Below, one piece after another: positions 26,560 through 34,161 of a DNA stretch of 64,000 nucleotides (its first letter is position 1; each line of letters starts with the position of its first letter). This DNA comes from an uncultured bacterium. Lineage in GTDB: Bacteria; Patescibacteriota; Minisyncoccia; Phycocordibacterales; Zambryskibacteraceae. The translations under genes were made by a program, and so were the position numbers. The notes under the pieces are model-generated. The model ran no database searches. It had not been told where the DNA came from and saw only the letters and a list, made by a program, of their open reading frames with translations. Location: positions 140,364 to 204,363 of the forward strand of contig CAWBLF010000003.1 in the NCBI GenBank assembly GCA_963789635.1, given 5' to 3'.

Positions 26560-26990
26560 AAGGCTAAGTCTCGAATGTGATTATGATTGTAAATTCCCGA
26601 GGAATCGCCCTAAAATAGGTCACCGAGGACTTAGCAAAAGTATTTTTCTGGTGAAAAATCTTTTTCCCATACCTCGTCCCGCCTTTGCGGGACTCCGGTC
26701 TTGCGAAGCTCCAAGTATTCGCTTCTCACCTTAGTTTCAAATTCTCAAGGCTAAGCCTCGATGCCTTAGGTCACTGACGATAAATTCCCGAGGAATCGCC
26801 TAAATACAGGCCCTCTAATTGTGTATCCGAATAGGTCACCGAGGACTTAGCCTTAGTTTCAAATTCTCAAGGCTAAGCCTCGATGCCTTAGGTCACTGAC
26901 GATAAATTCCCGAGGAATCGCCCTAAAATAGGTCACCGAGGACTTTAAGCCTCGATGCCTAAAGGCAAGGCGAAACCTCGAGAATTTACA
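26560..26990. repeat. largest array of the CGAGG/CCTCG-core modular repeats (R4), including one 151-bp element and a 72-bp unit repeated at 122-bp period
   Basis: Modules taggtcaccgaggactta, aaattcccgaggaatcgcc, ccttagtttcaaattctcaaggctaagcctcgatgcctta and ggcgaaacctcgagaattt, in several copies. 26729-26800 equals 26851-26922. Confidence 0.9.
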
Positions 26991-29900
26991 AGGCTTTGGC
27001 CTTTTCGGCGATGAGACTGATGTCACCGTTTCTTTTGGAAATTTTGGCAAAAATACCAATGCATTTTTCCTTTTGAAAAAGATCTTTAAATTCGACCAAT
27101 GTGCGCGGGAAGACGACCAACTCTATTGATCCTGTCATATCAGTAAAACGAGTAAACAGCATACGTTCGTTGTTTTTGGTAACGACATCTCGCACTTCTT
27201 CCACAAACCCTGCTATGGCCACGCTGGCTCCCTCACGAGGACTTGCCAGCACCTCTGCAATTGTCACTCCCTTGCCTTTAATTTTTTCTTGATATTTGTC
27301 CAATGGATGGCCGGAGATATAAAGGCCAAGCAGTTCTTTTTCCCAGGCCAGTTTGTCTTCGTTGGTGGCCGGTGGCGTAGGGCGGAGAGAAATGTCAGGA
27401 GCAGATTTTTCTCCCGCAATACCAAACAAAGAATCTTGATTTTTCGGACCCTGCATTCTTTCTTTGTGATATTCCAAAAGGAATTCCAAGTTGCCAAGAA
27501 GCGAACCGCGTTCGCCCAGGTCATCCATGGCGCCACATTTGATAAGCGCTTCAAAAGATTTTTTATTTAAATTGCGATCCTTGATGCGGTCCAAAAAATC
27601 TGCAAGTGAAGAAAATTGTCCATTCTTTTTGCGTTCTTTGACAATATAATCCGCTATGCCTTCACCAAAATTCTTGATGGTAGTTAATCCAAAACGGATT
27701 TTGTCTTCTTCGCCTTCCTTGCGGACCACCGAAAATCCCTGATAACTTTCGTTTACAGACGGAGGAAGAACAGGAATCTTCATACGCTTGCATTCGTTTA
27801 TGAATTCACCAATTTTTTCAATGTTTCCGGAATCAGCCGTCAGAACTGCGGACATATAAATAGCGGGATGATGTGCTTTGAGATAAGCGGTCTGATAGGC
27901 CACGAGGCCATACGAAGCCGCGTGAGCCTTGTTGAAACCGTATCCTTGAAATGGCTCAAAAAGTTTCCACATTTCTTCCGCTTTTGCTTTTGAAAGACCG
28001 CCATGTTTTATGCATCCATCTACGAAAATAATGTGTTGTTTGGCCATTTCTTTCGGAATCTTTTTACCAACGGCTTTGCGAAATTTATCCACTTCACCCC
28101 AAGTGTATCCGGCGACATTGATAGCGGTCATAAGCAAATCATCCTGGTAAACTAGCACTCCATAAGTGGGGGCCAAGAAATCTTTCATTTTTGGGTGTTT
28201 GTAAATTATCGGCTTTAATCCGTGCTTGCGGGCAATATATTCATTTATATTGTCCATTGGTCCCGGACGGTAAAGCGCTACCATGACATTGATGTCGTCA
28301 ATGGTTGTGGGTTTTAGGTCTGTCAGATAACGCGTCATCCCGTCGCCGTTTAATTGGAACAAACCTTCTGTTTCTCCGCGCGACAAAAGTTCAAAAGTTT
28401 TTTTGTCATCAAGAGGAATTTTTGTGATATCCAATACGGCGTTTTCGATTGCTTCAATGCGCTCGATCGTATCTGCGATGATGGAAAGATTTTTGATTCC
28501 CAAAAAGTCAAATTTCAACAAGCCCGCTTCTTCAATGGAATGCATATCATATTGGGTGATGATTTTTCCTTCTTCTTTTGAATCAAGCTGAAGCGGTGTG
28601 TAGTTCGTAAGCGCCGTTGGAGCGATGACGACGCCGGCGGCATGGACAGAGATGTGTCGGGCGCATCCTTCAATTTTTTTAGCTAAATTTATTATTTCCT
28701 TTGTGTCGGTTTCGGTGTCGTAAGCCGCTTTGAGTTCTGGCACCAGTTCAAAGGCATGATCTATGGTCATGGGGAATCCTTGTGAACCCATTGGAATAAG
28801 TTTGGCGATTCTGTCTCCTATGGTGTAAGAGTAGCCGAGAGCGCGGGTAACATCGCGTACGGCCCCACGCGCCATCATTGTGCCGAAAGTTCCCACTTGC
28901 GCCACTTTGTCTACTCCATATTTTTGTCTGGCATATTCTATTACCTCGTCGCGACGGTCGTCGGCCAGGTCAAGGTCAATATCGGGAGGGGACGGGCGTT
29001 CGGGATTGAGGAATCTCTCAAAAGGAAGATTGTATGTAATTGGGTTCACCGTAGTGATACCGGTCAGAAAGCTGATCATAGAGCCGGCCGCTGAACCTCT
29101 GGTGTTTGTGAGGATTTTGTTTTCATGAGCAAAGCGAATAAGGTCTGCGACAACAAGAAAATATGGTTCATAACCCTTGGCGCCTATAATTTCCAGTTCA
29201 TAATCTATTCGTTTTTGAATTTCTACGGAATTTTCTATGCCGTGAGTTATCAGTCCTTCCATTGCCAATCGCCGTAGCTCTGCCGCGGATGTTAATCCCG
29301 ACTCTACCGTGAATGAAGGAAAAACCCATTTTCCAAGATTCAGCTTAAGATCACATCGGTCAATAATTTTCTGAACGTTTGCGAGAGCTTCCGGTAAATC
29401 GGCAAAAAGTTCGTTGGCTCTTTGTTGGTTGATAAATGAAAAATCTTCATTTTGTTCGGTATCGGCGCGTTCGCGAATGCCCCCATTCTGAATGGAGAGA
29501 AGTGTTTCCCTTGCGGTTTTATCTTCCGGGTCCAGGTAGTACACATCGTGGGCCGCCACAATGGGAACATTTTGTTTGTCGGCAAAAGCGACAAGTGCTT
29601 TCATTCGTCCCTCATGGCCTTCTATTTCATGGTGGTGTGTAACTTCAATAAAAAAATCGTCACCAAATATCCTTTTGTACCATTTTGTTATCTCTATGGC
29701 TTTGTCAGGTTCACTGCCTCGTAAAATACTGGCAATTTCTCCTGAAAAAGAAGGTGAAATGCATATGAGCCCTTCGGAATATCTTTCCAAAATTTCTTTG
29801 TCGATTCTGGGTTTGTAATAAAAACCTTCAAGATGAGCCTTTGTGACAAGAGCAATTAAATTTTTGTAACCGGTTTCATTTTTCGCCAATAGAATCAGTC

Positions 29901-30171
29901 TGTGTCTGACGTTGTCTATTGCAGCTTGTTTATCCGTTCGACTTCGCAATGCGACATAGGCGTCTACACCGAGTATCGGCTTAATTTCTGCATCCAGACA
30001 TTGTTTGTAGAATTCTATGGCGCCATACATATTGCCATTGTCTGTCAAAGCTATGGCCTTCATATTTTCTTTCTTTGCTCGAGAAACAAGTTCTGGGATT
30101 TTTGGCAAAGCATTTAGCAGGCTGTAATGACTATGAACATGCAGATGAGAAAAAGGCTTCATGGCAGGCAT
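26986..30171 (-). CDS. dnaE: DNA polymerase III alpha subunit
   Basis: 1061 aa. N-terminal PHP domain (HLHVHSHYSLL), a polymerase core and a C-terminal OB fold. Confidence 0.95.
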   Translation of the reverse strand: MPAMKPFSHLHVHSHYSLLNALPKIPELVSRAKKENMKAIALTDNGNMYGAIEFYKQCLDAEIKPILGVDAYVALRSRTDKQAAIDNVRHRLILLAKNETGYKNLIALVTKAHLEGFYYKPRIDKEILERYSEGLICISPSFSGEIASILRGSEPDKAIEITKWYKRIFGDDFFIEVTHHHEIEGHEGRMKALVAFADKQNVPIVAAHDVYYLDPEDKTARETLLSIQNGGIRERADTEQNEDFSFINQQRANELFADLPEALANVQKIIDRCDLKLNLGKWVFPSFTVESGLTSAAELRRLAMEGLITHGIENSVEIQKRIDYELEIIGAKGYEPYFLVVADLIRFAHENKILTNTRGSAAGSMISFLTGITTVNPITYNLPFERFLNPERPSPPDIDLDLADDRRDEVIEYARQKYGVDKVAQVGTFGTMMARGAVRDVTRALGYSYTIGDRIAKLIPMGSQGFPMTIDHAFELVPELKAAYDTETDTKEIINLAKKIEGCARHISVHAAGVVIAPTALTNYTPLQLDSKEEGKIITQYDMHSIEEAGLLKFDFLGIKNLSIIADTIERIEAIENAVLDITKIPLDDKKTFELLSRGETEGLFQLNGDGMTRYLTDLKPTTIDDINVMVALYRPGPMDNINEYIARKHGLKPIIYKHPKMKDFLAPTYGVLVYQDDLLMTAINVAGYTWGEVDKFRKAVGKKIPKEMAKQHIIFVDGCIKHGGLSKAKAEEMWKLFEPFQGYGFNKAHAASYGLVAYQTAYLKAHHPAIYMSAVLTADSGNIEKIGEFINECKRMKIPVLPPSVNESYQGFSVVRKEGEEDKIRFGLTTIKNFGEGIADYIVKERKKNGQFSSLADFLDRIKDRNLNKKSFEALIKCGAMDDLGERGSLLGNLEFLLEYHKERMQGPKNQDSLFGIAGEKSAPDISLRPTPPATNEDKLAWEKELLGLYISGHPLDKYQEKIKGKGVTIAEVLASPREGASVAIAGFVEEVRDVVTKNNERMLFTRFTDMTGSIELVVFPRTLVEFKDLFQKEKCIGIFAKISKRNGDISLIAEKAKAL

Positions 30172-30316
30172 TATACCTCATCGGGTGGTGAAAGTTTCAT
30201 TGACGGTGAATATATTCAATTATCTGTTTATAATTTTGAAAAATTGAGTCTATGGTGCTTGATTTCACCGCTTTTATTGAAACAAGATTACCAATTTGGA
30301 GTATAATAAAGTGGAG

Positions 30317-30865
30317 ATGAAATACCATAAAAATCATTACGGTTTTACTCTTGTTGAGCTTCTTGTCGTTTGTGCCATTATCGCCATTCTTGTCGCTGTT
30401 ATTATTCCAAGCATCAATCAATCGCGTGCGCGAGGTCGTGACGCTCAAGTCCGCGCTCAAGTTCAGACAATAAAACTGGCGCTTGCCAGAGCGGCGGCCG
30501 CAAATGTCAGCGAGACATATCCGGGCACAGTCGGCACTTGGTATTGTCTGACTACCACCACTGGGGCTTGCTCCAACTCTTCGTTGAACGCTAATGAGTC
30601 AAATACTTTAAACACCCAGCTCCTTCCATATTTTCCCGGTAATGTTTACCCGCAGGCTCAGGGTGCCGTATCTGGGCAATATCGTTACAATGCTTATGTG
30701 TACAACCCGTATGATGCCGGCATAAAAATTCCCGGATACAATGGTCCGATTTTGCTTTGGTGGCAAGAAAAAACTATACAACCAGCTGATTGTAACGGTA
30801 CTATTTTTGTAGGAACCGGAGTGGATGCAGGATTGAACTATTGCTACGAAAGACTTGCTCAATGA
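30317..30865 (+). CDS. type IV pilin / pseudopilin with a prepilin-type N-terminal cleavage-methylation motif
   Basis: MKYHKNHYG|FTLVELLVVCAIIAILVAVIIPS. GGAG lies 1 nt upstream of the ATG at 30317. Confidence 0.8.
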   Translation: MKYHKNHYGFTLVELLVVCAIIAILVAVIIPSINQSRARGRDAQVRAQVQTIKLALARAAAANVSETYPGTVGTWYCLTTTTGACSNSSLNANESNTLNTQLLPYFPGNVYPQAQGAVSGQYRYNAYVYNPYDAGIKIPGYNGPILLWWQEKTIQPADCNGTIFVGTGVDAGLNYCYERLAQ

Positions 30866-31458
30866 GGCAAAACTACGCAAGCGTGAATGGAATTTTGGGA
30901 ATTGATGAGGCGGGCAGAGGGCCATTGGCCGGGCCTGTCGCGGTCGGGGCTGTATATATTCGACCAAAAGCAAAATTATCGTTTTGCGGTTTGAAAGATT
31001 CCAAACAACTTTCGGCTATTGCAAGAGAAGGATGGTTCAACAAAATAAAAAAGTGGCAAAAGGAAAACAAATTGCGATATTCAGTATCCCTTGTTTCCCA
31101 TTCCGTCATCGATAGGGAAGGCGTAGTTTCGGCCATTGATCTGGGTATTAATAGGTGCTTAAAAAAAATTATTGTCCCGCCAAACAAAACTCAGGTGATG
31201 CTCGACGGCGGGTTGGGAGCTCCAACACGATTTATTAATCAAAAAACAATTATTCGGGGCGATGAAAAAATCGCCGTTATTGCATTGGCTTCAATAGTGG
31301 CAAAAGTGACAAGAGACAGACATATGGAAAGAATGTCACTAAAATATCCGAAATATGGTTTTGAAATCCATAAAGGATATGGCACATTGAAGCACAGGAG
31401 GGCAATCAAGAAGTTCGGTCACTCCCGGATTCATAGAAAAACTTTCACGGTTTCCTAG
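30862..31458 (+). CDS. rnhB: ribonuclease HII
   Basis: GIDEAGRGPLAGPV, DSK.L and KGYG motifs. Its ATG overlaps the pilin TGA (ATGA). Confidence 0.9.
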   Translation: MRQNYASVNGILGIDEAGRGPLAGPVAVGAVYIRPKAKLSFCGLKDSKQLSAIAREGWFNKIKKWQKENKLRYSVSLVSHSVIDREGVVSAIDLGINRCLKKIIVPPNKTQVMLDGGLGAPTRFINQKTIIRGDEKIAVIALASIVAKVTRDRHMERMSLKYPKYGFEIHKGYGTLKHRRAIKKFGHSRIHRKTFTVS

Positions 31459-31478
31459 GTTTAATCTTTTAACTTTTT

Positions 31479-31752
31479 TGGTCACCGATTTAATTCCCGA
31501 GCAATCGCCTTAATACAGACAATTTTAGGTCACCGAGGACTTAGCAAAAGTATTTTTCTGGTGAAAAATCTTTTTCCCATACCTCGTCCCGCCTTTGCGG
31601 GACTCCGGTCTTGCGAAGCTCCAAGTATTCGCTTCTCACCTTAGTTTCAAATTCTCAAGGCTAAGCCTCGATGCCTAAAATACAGGCCCTCAAGGCTAAG
31701 CCTCGATATCTAAATGCAAGGCGAAACCTCGAGAATTTAAGGCTGAGCCTAG
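31479..31752. repeat. CGAGG/CCTCG-core modular repeat cluster (R5) containing the second 151-bp element
   Basis: 31526-31676 is identical to 26616-26766. Flanked by aattcccgagcaatcgcc, tacaggccctcaaggctaagcctcgat and ggcgaaacctcgagaatttaaggc modules. Confidence 0.9.
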
Positions 31753-31802
31753 AATACATTGTAACTTGTGTTTTCTGGCTCATCAGGTATACTCAATTCA
31801 CT

Positions 31803-32027
31803 ATGGTTGTACGAATGCGACACACGAGATCTCACACGGGAAACCGTAGATCTCATCACAGAATAGCTACCGTCAGGGTAACCAAGGACGAAAGTGGCAC
31901 AGCCCACGTTCGTCATCGTATGAACCCAACGACGGGTAAATATCGTGGCCGTATGGTCACGGACGTTATAAGTATCAAAGCGAAAAAGGCGGCAAAACAA
32001 AAGGCAAAAGCTTCGTCAGTAAAATAA
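31803..32027 (+). CDS. rpmF: 50S ribosomal protein L32
   Basis: MVVRMRHTRSHTGNRRSHH N-terminus typical of L32. The upstream part of the tracked ORF is repeat sequence. TATACT at 31788-31793 lies 9 nt upstream of the ATG. Confidence 0.85.
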   Translation: MVVRMRHTRSHTGNRRSHHRIATVRVTKDESGTAHVRHRMNPTTGKYRGRMVTDVISIKAKKAAKQKAKASSVK

Positions 32028-32049
32028 TTTTTTGTAGTTTCTTCGCCAT

Positions 32050-32964
32050 ATGGCAAACCGGCACCTTGCAAGATCAGTGGTAATGCAGACACTCTTCGAA
32101 TGGGACTTCGCAAAACGATCCCGTGAAGAGGCATTTGGCATACTCAAACGAAACAAAGATGAGTTTGCTCCAGGGGTTACCGAAACATCCTTTATGGACG
32201 GTCTTTTGGAATCCGTTTTGGACAAGCAAAAGGACATTGACAGCATCATTACCAAAGCGGCACCCGATTGGCCAATTGAAAAAATATCAGTGATTGATCG
32301 CAATATTTTGCGATTGGGTCTTTCGGAATTGCTCTTCTCCGACGCAGAACAAGTGCCACCAAAAGTGGCTATCAACGAAGCCATTGAGCTAGCAAAATCA
32401 TTCGGTGGAGAAACATCGGGTAAATTTGTAAACGGAGTCCTCGGCGCAGTCTACAAAGAAATGGGGGAACCCGGCAAAGACGAAGTTTCCACCAAGAAAA
32501 AAACAATCAAGAATATTCCAGATGACAAGCTGACCATCGAAGACCTAGGTGGGGCTCTGGTTTATTCTATTTATGAAGGTGTCATATATTTGGCTTTGGT
32601 TCATGATGTCTTCGGTCACTGGACTCTTTCAAAAGGAAAGCTGGAAAATGGCGAGTCGGTGAAAGACGGGACAACACGAGAGATAAAAGAAGAGATTGGT
32701 ATTGATATAAATATTGAAGAAGATTTGGGGACAAACGAATACATTGCATTTCATCCGGAGAAAGGTAAGCTGAAAAAAAGAGTTCATTACTTTCTTGCAA
32801 AAGCGGACTTTCAGCCACTGACACTTGAAGCTCACGAGTCTCGTGGCGGATTGACTGACGCGCAATGGTTCCCGGTAGAAAAAATCGGCGAACTCAATTT
32901 TTATGACGATATCATGCCGTTGGTGACCAAAGGCATTGAAATGATGGGAAAGAAGGAAGTTTAA
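32050..32964 (+). CDS. nusB: NusB antitermination factor fused to a C-terminal NUDIX hydrolase domain
   Basis: The first ~145 aa carry NusB motifs (R..A.Q.LF..DF, DRNILRLG..EL, INEAIELAK.FG). The C-terminal part carries a Nudix box, GKLENGESVKDGTTREIKEEIGI. Confidence 0.8.
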   Translation: MANRHLARSVVMQTLFEWDFAKRSREEAFGILKRNKDEFAPGVTETSFMDGLLESVLDKQKDIDSIITKAAPDWPIEKISVIDRNILRLGLSELLFSDAEQVPPKVAINEAIELAKSFGGETSGKFVNGVLGAVYKEMGEPGKDEVSTKKKTIKNIPDDKLTIEDLGGALVYSIYEGVIYLALVHDVFGHWTLSKGKLENGESVKDGTTREIKEEIGIDINIEEDLGTNEYIAFHPEKGKLKKRVHYFLAKADFQPLTLEAHESRGGLTDAQWFPVEKIGELNFYDDIMPLVTKGIEMMGKKEV

Positions 32965-32993
32965 AAGTTTTGAAGTTTGTAAGTTTTTAAGTT
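32964..32993. repeat. left arm of an imperfect 30-nt inverted repeat bracketing the second four-helix-bundle gene
   Basis: aaagttttgaagtttgtaagtttttaagtt pairs with 33346-33375 at 26 Watson-Crick pairs plus 1 G-U out of 30. Begins at the last base of the nusB stop codon. Confidence 0.8.
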
Positions 32994-33368
32994 ATGGCCA
33001 CAAGACTAGAGAATCTAAAAATATATCAGATGGCGCGTGAGCTGGAACTTCGGGTTTTTGAATTAACGAAAAGTTTTCCAACCGCAGAAAATTTTAGAAG
33101 CATAGATCAATTGCGCCGTTCGTCTTCATCTGTTACCAATAACATTGCTGAATCTTATAACAAGAAGTCAATAAAGGATAAAATAAGAATTATTAATGAT
33201 ATTGTTAAGGGTGAAGCAAACGAAACAAGGTCTAATCTTGAAATGTTTCAAGAAAAGAAGTTTTTCAAAGACCAAAATCTGATTGATAGATACACAGAAC
33301 TCATAAAAGCAGTCAGCGGATATATAGCATTTCTCAAAACTTCTCAACTTAACAACTTATCAACTTAA
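32994..33368 (+). CDS. four-helix-bundle protein (23S rRNA intervening-sequence protein / S23p / Avd-like family)
   Basis: 124 aa with L.IYQ.A.EL...V..LT..FP and DQLRRSSSSV.NNIAE motifs. Confidence 0.85.
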   Translation: MATRLENLKIYQMARELELRVFELTKSFPTAENFRSIDQLRRSSSSVTNNIAESYNKKSIKDKIRIINDIVKGEANETRSNLEMFQEKKFFKDQNLIDRYTELIKAVSGYIAFLKTSQLNNLST

Positions 33369-33375
33369 AAACTTT
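33346..33375. repeat. right arm of the inverted repeat bracketing the second four-helix-bundle gene
   Basis: aacttaacaacttatcaacttaaaaacttt. Overlaps the ORF's 3' end and stops 3 nt before the rnc ATG. Confidence 0.8.
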
Positions 33376-33378
33376 TTT

Positions 33379-34075
33379 ATGGACGGTTTTAATCAATTTG
33401 AAGAACGAATAGGTGTGATTTTCGAAAATAAAAACTTGCTCAAGCAGGCGTTTGTTCATCGTTCATATTTAAATGAAAACAAAGAATTTCCTCTAGGCCA
33501 CAATGAACGTCTGGAGTTCCTCGGAGACGCAGTTCTTGAACTGGTGATTACCGACTATCTTTACACCAAATACCCCGAGAAAAACGAAGGAGATATGACA
33601 TCGCTTCGCTCTGCCTTGGTCAACGCCACCGCTCTTCATAAAGTGGGTGCCAGATATTGGTATCAATGACCTACTTCTGCTCTCCCGAGGTGAATCTAAG
33701 GACCTTGGGCGTGCTCGTCAGTACATTCTTGCCAATACAATGGAGGCATTGATTGGCGCCATTTACCTTGACCGTGGATATGATATGGCCAAGAAATTTA
33801 TTTATGAATTCATAACTCCGCTTTTGGACAAAGTGATTGAAGACGAAAGCTGGATTGACTCCAAGAGTTTATTCCAAGAAAAAGCCCAAGATCATGCAGG
33901 GGTAACTCCCGCATATCAAACCTTGAAAGAAACTGGTCCCGACCACGACAAGCATTTCACAGTCGGCGTGTATTTGAAAAATGAACTCATTGCTCAAGGC
34001 GAAGGGGATTCCAAACAGGAAGCGGAGCAGGCAGCAGCTCACAATGCTCTCAAGGCAAAAGGTTGGAATAATTGA
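33379..34075 (+). CDS. rnc: ribonuclease III, interrupted by an apparent 1-nt insertion (+1 frame change) near 33650-33652
   Basis: Frame 1 gives NERLEFLGDAVLEL ... LRSALVNATALHKVGA. Frame 2 continues DIGINDLLLLSRGE ... MEALIGAIYLD plus a C-terminal dsRBD. Removing one base from gcca restores VGADIGIN. Confidence 0.85.
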
Positions 34076-34161
34076 TTTTCTCAATAACAGAATCCACATT
34101 ATATTTTAAGCGCTAAATAGTGCTATAATTTTATATATAAATTTTAGTCGACCGACATTCC

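Noticed and set aside
26674-26702. Hammerhead-like ribozyme in the 151-bp element core (on the reverse strand, ccggaGUCCCGCaaagGCGGGACgagg resembles CUGAUGA-stem II-GAAA)
   Set aside because: The invariant core nucleotides are missing: CUGAUGA is replaced by CCGGA, and GAAA by GAGG. Only the stem-loop geometry is similar.
26560-26990. Interpreting the intergenic repeat arrays as CRISPR arrays
   Set aside because: There is no constant repeat alternating with unique spacers of fixed length. The units are mutually inverted modules in variable order. No cas genes or leader are present in the window.
26616-31676. Composite transposon bounded by the two identical 151-bp elements
   Set aside because: The enclosed genes (dnaE, pilin, rnhB) are core housekeeping genes and no transposase is present. 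Direct repeats of a dispersed element are the simpler explanation.
31671-31802. N-terminal extension of the L32 ORF (tracked ORF 31671-32027)
   Set aside because: The extension is translated repeat-module sequence. A conserved L32 N-terminus begins at the ATG at 31803, downstream of a -10-like box.
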